This document shows, piece after piece, positions 52,114 through 63,408 of a stretch of DNA of 64,000 nucleotides (positions within the stretch are counted from its first letter, which is position 1; each line of letters begins with the position of its first letter). This stretch comes from Malacoraja senta (Eukaryota). The stretch covers positions 6,262,001-6,326,000 of the forward strand of contig CM075989.1 in the NCBI GenBank assembly GCA_038087875.1, in the 5' to 3' direction. Position numbers and translations under genes: made by a program. The notes beneath the pieces are model-generated. The model was given only the letters and a program-made list of their open reading frames with translations. It was not told where the DNA came from and did no database searches.

Positions 52114-54796
52114 TATGTGTGTAGGATAGTATTAGTGTACGGGGATCGCTGATTGGCACAGACTCGGTGGGCCGAAGGGTCTGTTTTCATGCTGTATCTC
52201 TAAAGTCTAAAGGCTGCCATGGTGTACTCTTTCCCGGTTGATTAGCCAGTATTTAACCGGGGATGTTTTACCACTATAACCTGATCCTGGCAGCGATAAT
52301 CTTAAAAGAAAAGAAAAAGTCATTAGAATTAAGATTGATCAGTATTTTTTTTAAATGCACAGTCTTGTCTATCTAGCGCACTTGAGCTGAGCTGGAAATG
52401 TGGCGGGACCTTTGCATCTCATCCCACAGCGACGCAGCGGGTAGAGCTGCTGCCTCACAGCGTCAGAGACCCAGGTTCAATCCTGACCTCGGCTGTTGAC
52501 TCTGTGGAGTTTGCACGTTCTCCTTGTGACTGCATGGGTTTCCTCCGGATGCTCCGGTTTCCTTCCCACCTCCCAAAGACCTGCGGGTTTGTGAGCGAAT
52601 TGGCCTCTGTAAATTCCCCTTTGTGTGTAGGGAGTGGATGAGAAAGTGGGACAGCGTAGAACTGGTGTACATGTGCGATCGATGATCAGTGTGGACTCAG
52701 CTTGGGGTGAAGGGGCTGTTTCCATGTTGCATCTTTCAATTCATCAATGGCTCCCAATTGGCAGTTGCCAGTCCATATAGGTTGCAGCATATACAGGTGC
52801 TTTATAAATGTATTTAGGGATGTCTCTAACAGGCTTTTGTACATGCAGCTGCTGAACCCTATGGAAAAGTATATCCTCGATGACCCTTTAATTCGTCAAC
52901 ACTTGGGTCAAATCAATAGCTTCTTGTTATCGACTTTGCTTGTTAACTCTGTGCACATCTCAAATTAATCTTCCTGCAGCTCCTCCGTTACAAAGGAAAC
53001 AACCTCTATCTGGCCAAACTCTTCATCACCACAAGACAGACACAAAACTGTGCTTGTTCAAAGAGAATTAAAATCCCTCAAATTGCCTCTGTGATTCTCT
53101 GAGATCGTGCCTGATCTCTCCTTTCATTCATTTTCATGTCCAATTGCTCGATCCCAAGTTATGGAACATATTGCAGCATCGGTATAGACACTTGGGCCAA
53201 CAATGCCTGTGCCGGACATGATGCCAAGCCCAACTAATCTCATGCCCCATATCCTGCCATTCTCTGCATTCCCATGAGCTCATCTAAAAGCCTCCAAATG
53301 CTGCTATCGTATCCACCACCACTACCACCACCACCTCCACCCATGTCCCAGACACCCACCACCCTCTGTAGAAGGTCATAAGTGATAGGAATAGAATTAG
53401 CCCATTCGGCCCATCAAAGTCTACTCCGCTGATCTATCTCTCCCTCCTAACCCCATTCTCCTGCCTTCTTTTCATAAACTTTGACATCCGTACTAATCAA
53501 CAATCTATCTATTATTGCCTTAAAAATATCCACTGACTGCCTCCACCGTCAGTGGCAAATACTTCCACAGATTCATCACCCTCTGGTTAAAGAAATTTCT
53601 CCTCATCTCCTTCCTAAAAGAACGTCCTTTAATTCTGAGGCTTTTTTTTATACCATTATGTGACAATAGACAATAGACAATAGCTGCAGGAGTAGGCCAT
53701 TTGGCCCTTCGAGCCAGCACCGCCATTCAATGTGATGATGGCTGATCATCCCCAATCAGTGCCCCGTTCCTGCCTTCTCCCCATATCCCCTGACTCCACT
53801 ATTTTTAAGAGCCCGATCTAGCTCTCTCTTGAAAGCATCCAGAGAACCTGCCTCCACCGCCCTCTGAGGTAGAGAATTCCACAGACTAGAGGTCTTACAC
53901 TCTTCCACTAGTGGAAACATCCTCTCCACATAATGGTGTAAAAAAAAAAACTTGCTCTGCACATCTCCTTTAAACTTTGCCCCAATTAGAACCTTCGGAT
54001 TCCCTCTGTAGCCAGGAATTTCTCAAGATCCAAGAGCATGCTCAACCAATAAGTCTCCATAGTCTCTGGTGTGGAAAATTCCATGGGTTTGTGCCTCTGT
54101 GAGTATCGAATATCCTGAATGTGAATCAGAGTCTGAAGAAAAGTCTCGACCCAAAACGTCACCTCGTCCTTTTGTCCAGAGATGCTGCCCGACCCGCTGA
54201 ATCACTCCAGCACTTTGTGTCTTATCTTTGGTGTAAACCAGCATCTGTGGTTCCTTCCTACCTCTTCACTACCACAACTCTCCTGCCCTGGTAACATCCT
54301 CTGCACCTTCCATTACTTCCTTGTACACGGGACTCCAGCTGAGTGTTGGTGTGAACCTCCTTACTCTTATACTTCACGGTCTTGGTCCATAAACGAGTAG
54401 CCTTTAAATTAATGTGTTCCTCACCAAGACCCTTCCAACATATTTTCTGTTTGCCCTGCGACCTTCAGTCGGTGAATTTCAGAGCGTGGCTGCCTGTGGT
54501 GGAGTAAATACCTTTGGAAATGATCAAATGGTTCGGAAGATCCGTTGAATCTATTCTAGTCCTTACATGCTCCCTTAACCCTGAAAACTTTAGACGTAGT
54601 TTAAATCGTGAGTCAGCGTAGAAGAGATTAGTTTAACTTGGCACCAAGTTTAGCGCAGGCCTTGTTTGATATTAGTTTATTGTCACTTGTACCGAGGTAC
54701 AGTGAAAAGCTTTTAGTTTAGTTTAGAGATACAACGCGGAAGCAGGCCCTTTGGCCCACCGAGCCTGCGCCGCCCAGCCATCACCCCGTACACTAA

Positions 54797-55438
54797 AGGG
54801 CCTGTCCCACTGTACGAGGTAATTCAAGAGTTCTCCCGAGTTTTCCCCTGATTCAATAGACAATAGGTGCAGGAGTAGGCCATTCGGCCCTTCGAGCCAG
54901 CACCGCCATTCAATGTGATCATGGCTGATCATCCCCAATCAGTACCCCATTCCTGCCTTCTCCCCATATCCTCTGACTCCGCTATCTTTAAGAGCCCTAT
55001 CTAGCTCTCTCTTGAAAGCATCCAGAGAACCTGCCTCCACCGCCCTCTGAGGCAGAGAATTCCACAGACTCACAACTCTCTGTGAGAAAAAGTGTTTCCT
55101 CGTCTCCGTTCTAAATGGCTTACTCCTTATTTTTAAACTGTGGCCCTCGGAACTCGGTAGTGGGTCTGTAGGAGTTCGTGGATGTCTCGTAACGGCTCGT
55201 AATGCTAACAGTAGGTACAAGGGTAATCCGGTAAACTCGTGACGTTTTTTTCAACACTTAAAAATGTCCACGAGTAAAAAAATACTCGTGATGAAATTTT
55301 TTTTATTTTTTATTACTCGTACAAGCCGCTACGAGACATCCACGAACTCCTACAGACCCGCTACGGACATTCTCCGAGTTCGAATCAGGGGAAAACTCGG
55401 GAGAACTCTTGAATTACCTCGTACAGTGGGACAGGCCC
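54797..55438. mobile_element. PIF/Harbinger-like MITE interrupted by a CR1 fragment
   Basis: TIR GGGCCTGTCCCACTGTACGAGGTAATTCAAGAGTTCTCCCGAG at both ends, with a CR1 3' end at about 54854-55147 inside. Confidence 0.82.
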
Positions 55439-56525
55439 ATTACACTATCCTACACACTAGGAACCATGCACAATTTTACCAAAGCCAATTTACCTACAAA
55501 CCCGTACGTCTTTGGCATGTGGGAGGATTCTGGAGAAAACCCACGTAGGTCTCGGGGAGAACGTACAAACTCCCTGCAGACAAACACCTGTAGTCTGGAT
55601 CGAACCTAGGTCTCTGGCGCTGTGGGGCAGCAACTCTACCACTGTGCCACCATGCAGACCTTTTGTTGCGTGCTAACTAGTCAACAGAAAGACAATACAT
55701 GGTTACAATTGAGCCATCCACAGTGTACAGATACATGATAAAGGGAATAACATTATGCACATTATTACCAATATCATGCATTTGTAGATTGTGGGTCAAT
55801 TGTACTATTCCCACTGAAGATAGACGCACAATGCCGGAGTAACTCAGCGGGACGGGCAGCATCTCTGGAGAGAAGGAATGGGTGATGTTTTAAGTCAAGA
55901 ATCTTCTTCACGGTCTCGACCCGTAACGTCACCCAGAGATGCTGCCTGTCCCGCTGAGTTACTCCAGCTTTTTACATACATACATCCATACAAAATAGGT
56001 GCAGGAGTAGGCCATTCGGCCCTTCGAGCCTGCACCGCCATTCAATATGATCATGGCTGATCATCCAACTCGGTATCCCGTACCTGCCTTCTCTCCATAC
56101 CCCCTAATCCCTTTAGCCACAAGGGCCACATCTAACTCCCTCTTAAATATAGCCAATGAACTGGCCTCAACTACCTTCTGTGGCAGAGAGTTCCAGAGAT
56201 TCACCACTCTCTGTGTCCATCTTTGATTTAAACCAGCATCTGCAGTTCTTTCCTACACATGGACTGTTCCTGCACTATGTTTCAGACGCTAGGAGCTTGT
56301 AGAAGTGGTATGAGAGGCTTTGTGCCCCATACTCCAGCTTTGTGGTCGTCCATTCTAAGTCTGCCTCTCATTGTTGAGATAATGTGTGATTGGTTTAGTT
56401 TGCTTTCGTTCAGAGATGCAACACGGAAACAGGCCCTTTGGCCCATCAAGGCCACGCCGACCATCGATCACCCATTCACACTCGTTCTAGGTTATCCCGC
56501 TTATCCCCACTCCTTACACACGTAA

Positions 56526-56831
56526 GCCCCTGTTCCACCATGCGAGTTTACCCAAGAGCTCTCCCGAGTTTAAAAAAGAATCAAACTCGTGGTACTTCAT
56601 CACGAGTATTTTTTTTCTCTTGGAACTTTTTCACACTGTTGAAAAAACTTTGAGTTTCACGAGCTTACCGCGTTTCCCGAGTACCTGCCGTTAGCATTTA
56701 CGAGCCACTACGAGACATCCACGAGCTCCGACGTACCCGCTACGTACATTCTACGTACTTACCATGAGTTTGATTTTTTTTTTTAAACTCGGGAGAGCTC
56801 TTGGGTAAACTCGCATCGTGGGACAGGGCCT
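56526..56831. mobile_element. PIF/Harbinger-like MITE inserted in a SINE
   Basis: Inverted arms (c)cctgt(t/c)ccac.atgcgagtttacccaagagctctcccgagtttaaaaa with TAA flanks. Confidence 0.8.
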
Positions 56832-57280
56832 TAAGGGCAATGTACAGAGGCCAAATAAACTACAAACCCACACATCTTTGGGATGTGGGAGGAAACCAGG
56901 ACACCTGAAGGAAGCCCACATGGTCCCAGGGTTGTCTTTGAACATCAGGCCACAAAGGGGAAGGCATTCTCTCTTAGCTGGTAACACTGAATATCTCTGT
57001 GCAAAGGTAAAATAGATGCACTCATCTCCCACACATAGGGACCGTTCTGTTCTATGTTCTACATCAGTTTGCTGATGGGTGAGTGGAACCTGTGGCGGAC
57101 AGCTTGGGAGTGGCGAAAAGACAACTTCCTTCTCCCTGCGTGTGACAAGTAGAGGAGGTAACACAGGAGGGAGAAGTTTCCTCGCGGCATGGTGAATCAT
57201 GTGGGATTTCAAATGGAATACAAGTACTGACACGAGTCATTTGGCCTCACCCATCCGTGCATTCCTGTTTCACTCTGATC

Positions 57281-57686
57281 TCATAGTCACAGGGTGATAT
57301 AGCGTGGAAACAGGCCCTTCGGCCCAACTCGCCCACACCGACCAACATGTCCCAGCTACACTGGTCCCACCTGCCCACGCCCATACCCCTCCAACCCTGT
57401 TCTATCCATGTACCTGTCTAATTGCTTTTTAAACATTCCAATAGTTCCTGCCTCAACTACCTCCTTTGGCAGCTTGTCCCATACACCCGCCACTCTTTCT
57501 TTGTGGAAAAAGTTACCCCCTCAGATTCATATAAAATCTTTCCCCCTTCAGCATAAACCTATGACCTCTGGTCCTCAATTCCCCTACTCTAGGCAAGAGA
57601 CTCTGTGCGTCAACCCAGTCTATTCCTCTTATGATTTTGTACACCTCTACAAGATCGCCCCTCATCCCCTGCGCTCCAAGGAATAG
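57281..57686 (-). mobile_element. CR1-clade LINE 3' fragment
   Basis: MRGDLVEVYKIIRGID...RTRGH, with a tail shared with the SINE 3' end (gggccgaagggcctgtttcc). Confidence 0.8.
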
Positions 57687-57739
57687 GCTGCTTGTTCCAG
57701 CTTCCTCAAGATCTCCCCTCATCTAAGTGACAGTTTTTG

Positions 57740-58035
57740 TTTTTAGAGATACAGCGCGGAAACAGGCCCTTCGGCCCACCGAGTCCGCGCCGACCAGCGA
57801 TCCCCGCACATTAACGCTATCTTACACGCACTAGGGACAATTCTACACATACACCAAGCCAATTAACCTACAAACCTGTACATCTTTGGAGTGTGGGAGG
57901 AAACCGAAGATCTTGGAGAAAACCCACGCAGGTCACGGGGAGAACGTACAAACTCCGTACGGACAGCACCCGTAGTCTGGATCGAACCCAGGTCTCCGGA
58001 CGCTGTACGGCAGCAACTCTACCGCTGTGTCGCCC
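57740..58035 (-). mobile_element. HE1-type V-SINE
   Basis: Near full-length reverse copy. Confidence 0.85.
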
Positions 58036-58758
58036 TGTACAGTGATGCATCTGTGGCGTTGCTGCCTCTCGGTTCCAGCGACCCAGGTTCATCCTGACCT
58101 CGTGTTCTCTCTGCGTGGAGTTTGCACGTTCTTCCATGACTTGGGTTAATAGCGCACTATAAATTGCTCCATGTACATCGTTGAGTGGTGGAATCTTTGG
58201 GGAGAGGAATTGCTGGGGATGAGGGGAAAATAAAATAAGATTAAATTACGACATTTAAACAATGGATACACTGTGGTCACTGCAGACCTGACGGGCTGAA
58301 GGGCCTGCATTCATTATATAGTCCCATCTAAAGATATCAGCATAAGGTTTTGTGTAAGGAAAGAACAGCAGATGCTGGTTTAAATGATTAAATGAAAGTG
58401 GACACAAAATGCTGGAGTAACTCAGCGTTAACAGGCAGCATCTCTGGAGAGAAGGAATGGGTGACGTTTCGGGTCGGTCTGATGAAGGGTCACCCATTCC
58501 TTCTCTCCAGAGATGCTGCCTGTCCCGCTGAGTTACTCCAGCATTTTGTCTGCATCTCCTCGATTCCCTCTTGCTTTAAGTCAGCCAGGGATTTTCGGAG
58601 TCACTTTTGTTTTTGGAGTCACGTTAGTGGGTCTGGGTTTGTGGTTTTGGTCTTGTAACTGGCTGGAGACCTGCTGTGGTAAATTGGCTGGAACGCTAAT
58701 GTCTCTCTTCCTCTTTCTCTCTCTCTCTCCCTCCCTCCCCCCTTCCATGTCCCGCCAG

Positions 58759-59415
58759 ATTACGATCATCTTCAAGAACTTCCAGGACTGCGTCGAGCAG
58801 AAGGTCTACCAGGCGGAGACGGACGACCTGCCCGCGGCCTTCGTGGACGGCTCGCGGAACGGCGGCGACAGGCACGGGGCCAACAGCCTGTGGGTGGCGG
58901 AGAAGTCGGGCGGGCAGCACATCGAGATCCAGGCCCGGTACATCGGCACCACGGTGGTGGTGAGGCAGGCGGGCCGCTACCTCACCTTCGCCATCCGCAT
59001 GCCGGAGGAGATCATGAACTCTTTCGAGGAGAACCAGGGGCTGCAGCTGTGCCTGCGCGGCTGCCCCACCAACGAGCGCATGGACTGGGCGCTGTTGCAG
59101 GGCCGCGGCCACCAGGACGTGCCGGCGCACCGGTCTGCAGCCGCCGCCGCCAAGTGCAAGGACAAGCTGCCGGTGGAGGACCTGTACTTCTGGTCGTGTG
59201 TGTTCGATCTCCTCACCACCGGTGACATGAACTTCACCCTGGCCGCCTACTACGCCCTGGAGGACGTCAAGAGCTTGCACTCCAACAAGGACAAGTTCCA
59301 CATTTACCACAGGACAGCTGACTTGCCGCCAGGGAACTCTTGCCCCGAGGCCACTCTCCCCTTCGGACTCCTGCTGCTGCTCTGCTGGCTCTGCTGCTCC
59401 CTGCCGCACCTATAG
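58759..59415 (+). CDS. RGMA: RGMA coding exon 4 (C-terminal RGM/vWD-like domain and GPI-anchor signal)
   Basis: Long pyrimidine tract plus cgccag ending at 58758. Translation [20 protein letters not shown]...[10 protein letters not shown]...[23 protein letters not shown], then hydrophobic tail [12 protein letters not shown] and TAG at 59413-59415. Spliced total is 437 aa. Confidence 0.97.
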   Translation: MTIIFKNFQDCVEQKVYQAETDDLPAAFVDGSRNGGDRHGANSLWVAEKSGGQHIEIQARYIGTTVVVRQAGRYLTFAIRMPEEIMNSFEENQGLQLCLRGCPTNERMDWALLQGRGHQDVPAHRSAAAAAKCKDKLPVEDLYFWSCVFDLLTTGDMNFTLAAYYALEDVKSLHSNKDKFHIYHRTADLPPGNSCPEATLPFGLLLLLCWLCCSLPHL

Positions 59416-59588
59416 CCGGCCACCATCACCGCTCACACTCACCCCCATCCCCCGCACCCTCCTCCCCCCCTCACTTTGTACCCCCGCTCCTTCCCCTCCT
59501 CCTGCCTCCCACCCTTTACCCCCCTCCCTACCTCCACCACTCCTCCCCTCCGCTGGCTCGTATCTTATTTAAGATGCCCGCGTGCACG

Positions 59589-59676
59589 CACGCACACACA
59601 CGACTGCGCGCACGCACACACACGACTGCGCGCACGCACACACACGACTGCGCGCACGCACACACACGACTGCGCG
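59589..59676. repeat. 22-bp tandem repeat x4 (cacgcacacacacgactgcgcg) in proximal 3' UTR
   Basis: Four perfect units. Confidence 0.95.
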
Positions 59677-62600
59677 CATCTCTCTCCATTCGCGCTGTCG
59701 GCATCGCTACCTGTCCGCGTTGGGCTTCCCGTTGGTTTTGTGGTTATGTGTTTGTGATGATCCGTGGGGCGTTTGGCGCGGTGCGCGGGATTTGCACCAG
59801 GACGTGCCGTTGGGGGGAAACCGAGGCCAGGACCGGGCGTCACTGATCACCCCCCTCCCATCCCTGCCCATCCCAATCTCAGCCCCGACTCCCCGTTGGG
59901 ATTCCAGGTCTTGCCTCCCCCCCCCCCCCCTCAGTCCCAGCCCCCTCTGACCACCCCCACCCCTCCACTCAGTCCCAAACCCCCACCCACTCCCCCCTCC
60001 CTCTGCCCACCCCCACCCTTCTCTCTCTGTGGAACAGAAGAGGTAGTCAGTGTGAGGTTGCAGATTTGTCTTGTTGCACTTTACTGCACCATCCCCCCCC
60101 CCCCAGGAAGAGCAGTGGTACAACACTGCCCCCCCCCCTCCCAGCCACCGTCAGCCCCTGCAGAAGGGCGAGAGTCTCTTGCAGAATCTTTCAGAGTCAA
60201 TGGCCGCGATCATATTGTGACTGGATCGGTACGTGTGCCTGCGTCTGGATTATGCCGCAGTCCAACTGATCCGTGGGTTCAGTTGAGTTTATTGTCACAT
60301 GTACCGAGGTACAGTGCAAAGCTTTGTTGCGTGCTAACCAGTCAGTGGGAAGACAATACATGATTACAATCGAGCCGTCCACAGTGTCCAGATACATGCT
60401 GTGGGAATAACGTTTAGTGCAAGGTAAAGCCAGTAAAGTCTGATCAAAGATAGCCCGAGGGTCACCGATGAGGTAGATAGTAGATAGTATGTCTAAACTA
60501 AACTAACTAAACCAGGATTACACTGAAAATGCTGGAGTAACTCAGCGGGTCAGGCAGAATCTCTGGACAAGAAGAATAGGTGACGTTTCGGGTTGAGACC
60601 CTTCATGGGAAGAATGGAGATGAATTTAAAGAATTACAAACTCTGTAACTGTGATATAAACTATTTATTAAGCAAATGTCATAGAAAATATGTGCAAGAA
60701 GAGGCCATTCGGCCCTTCGAGCCAGCACCCCCATTGTGATCATGGCTGATCGGCCCCAATCAATAACCCGTGCCTGCCTTCTCCCCATATCCCTTGACTC
60801 CACTAGCCCCCAGAGCTCTATCTAACTCTCTCTTAAATCCATCCAGTGATTTGGCCTCCACTGCCCTCTGTGGCAGGGAATTCCACAAATGTGTTTAAAT
60901 GTCCCAGGTGAAGGTTGCTGGTTACTGGCTCCATGGAGGACCGTGACACGGTGTGTGAGGTCCACTTACTGCGTGAACCTTCATGTTGGTGTTGGCAAGA
61001 CCCCCATCTTGAGAGCGGTGGTTTGAAATGGTGAATGTGACAGACCCATGATATTGCACCTGGATTTGGTGTGTCAGATATCCCCACCAACACCTCCTCG
61101 CTACCGGAGGTTAGAATGAGCTGGGCCAAGATTTAGAAGCCGTCAAAATGCGTACGAAGGAACTGTAGATGCTGATTTACACCGAAGATAGACACTAAAT
61201 GCCGGAGTAACTCAACGGGGAATGGGAATAGATGACATTTTGGGTTGAGACCATTCTTCAGCGAGAAGCAGCCAATGGCCTTGAGTTCTCTGGACCTGGA
61301 TCCTGATGTGAACCCCGCTCGTTCCCAGGTGGGGAGATTGATGCCACTGGAGTCGGGGTGCACTGTCATGGGCACAAGTATGGAAGGTACAGGGGCAATT
61401 AAAACCTTGCTTACAGCTGTATCACAGTAACAGACTCAGTGAAAAGGAAATGATTACCAGACACAATGCTCGTGCAAGAACACAGTTGGGAACATGGTGG
61501 TGCAAGACATGGTCCGGAATGTTCCATTGCTGAAATAGATTTAGGTTTGTGTCAGGATCAAGTTGGTTGGGTGACGCAGCGGTAGAGTTGCTGCCTCACA
61601 GCGCCATGAGACCCGGGTTAGATCCTGACTACGGGTTTGTACATTCTTCCCGTGACTTGTGTGGATTTTCCCCGAGATCTATGGTTTCCTCCCACTCTCC
61701 AAAGACAGACAAGTCTGTAGGTACACAAAAATGCTGGAGCAACTCAGCGGGTGCAGCAGCATCTATGGAGCGAAGGAAATAGGCAACGTTTCGGGCCGAA
61801 ACCCTTCTTCAGACCTTGACATCAGACCCACAGACATCTTTTCCAGCATCTGCAGTTCCTTCTTTAACACAGACAAGTTTGTAGATTGATTGGCTTGGTA
61901 TAATTGTAAATTGTCCCTAATGTGTGCAGGGTAGCGTTATTGCGTGGGGATCGCTGGTCGGTGTGGACTCGACGGGCCGAAGGTCCTGTTCCTGTGCTGT
62001 ATCTCTAAACTAAACGAAAGCTGACAGGGTTAGGGGCAATACCATGGGGCTGCACCTTTCACCTTCATTTCAAACTAATGCTCCCAAAATGGGCATCATC
62101 TCACGACCAATATGACAGTAACTGTTTCTGAACCTGGTGGTGTGTGACTGCAGGCTAAGATCATTAGACATAGAAGCAGAATTAGGCCGTTCGGCCTAAG
62201 GAGCCTCCTCTGCCAATTGATCATGGCTGATCCATTTTTCCCCTCTCAACCGCATTTTCCTGCCTTCTCGTCACCTCGGACGCCCTTACCGTTTAAGAAC
62301 CTATCAAACTCCATTTTTAAAAACACACAGCGACTTGTCCTCCGCAACCATCTGTGGCGGTGAATTCCACAGATTCACCACCCTCTGGCTAAAGAAATCC
62401 CTCATCTCCATTCGAATGGCACATCCTCGACTCTCCCACCACTGGCTTCTGCTCATCCTGCCCGATGGTAGCAGCAAAAAAAAAAGAGTGCGGAAATGTG
62501 AAGTGTCTCTGGTGTCTCGGTGACAACAACGCAAGGGCCTGTCAGACTTTATTCCCTCTGCCCCTTCTCTTCTGCTTCCCCTTATCCCACTCTCCCGAGG

Positions 62601-63402
62601 CCCAGAGGCACTTTATGTGGCCAGCGGTGTGTACTGGTGTGAAACGGGGCTCTTGGTGTGCAGATCGCTGCATGCTATGGTGACAGAACCACTGTAAATG
62701 CAGCGTTTTATAGGGTTAGGTGTGATTTATATTTGTTAATATAATATATGGAGACTTTTGGTGAACATTTGTGACTGTACATATGGAGTAATGTAATATT
62801 TCTTTAAATATTAACGTCTGGACTTCTAGCAAAACCTGTTGATGTGCTTTTACTTGCTTTACTTTTGACGTCTAAGAGGAAAAGGGTTTGCAAAAACGCG
62901 GGCCTTTTTAAAAAAAAAGATTTCATTTGAGATTTAAAGGGGATTTGTCGGCATCTCTGTGTAGTTGTGGTCGTTGCCGTGAAGGTCTCCATCCAATCGT
63001 GCAGAGTATGTCCACAGCAAAGCACGTCACTGTGCCAAGCTCGGGCAAGCTCGTGCCTGCTGCCCCTTTGCCCTTATTATCCCTGCGCCCACAGCACCCC
63101 TTTAAGAGAGTTGGGTTTTTTATTTAGAGGAATGGCACTTTATTTCAATGGTGATGTGATGATTTTAACAGTGACTGTAGTTCCGCTTTGTTTGAATTGT
63201 TACGATGAGTAGGCGGGCACATTGGTGCCCAAGGATGGCGTGGCATGGTACTTGATGTTGTCCATGGTCAAAATACATGGGGGGGAGGGGGAGGGAATGG
63301 CTGGGGAGGGGGATAAGGAACAGCTCAATTTTCTATGTATAAATCCAGTGGGAGTTCCCTGCTTGTACATACTGTAAATTATTTATTATTGAGAAAACTA
63401 TG

Positions 63403-63408
63403 AGTAAA
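63403..63408 (+). terminator. Candidate non-canonical polyadenylation signal AGTAAA
   Basis: Upstream TGTA motifs (63364, 63373) and a downstream U/GU-rich element tttgtcgcttgcttttttgctgttgttgtcgtg at about 63443-63475. Confidence 0.5.

Noticed and set aside
58696..59409. 237-aa antisense ORF (and 47020..47628)
   Set aside because: Shadow ORFs expected from the very high GC3 of the RGMA exons.
47051..59415. Assignment as RGMB or hemojuvelin (RGMC)
   Set aside because: The MPQPR micro-exon, [23 protein letters not shown] and LHSNKDK match RGMA as I recall it. A phylogeny would confirm.
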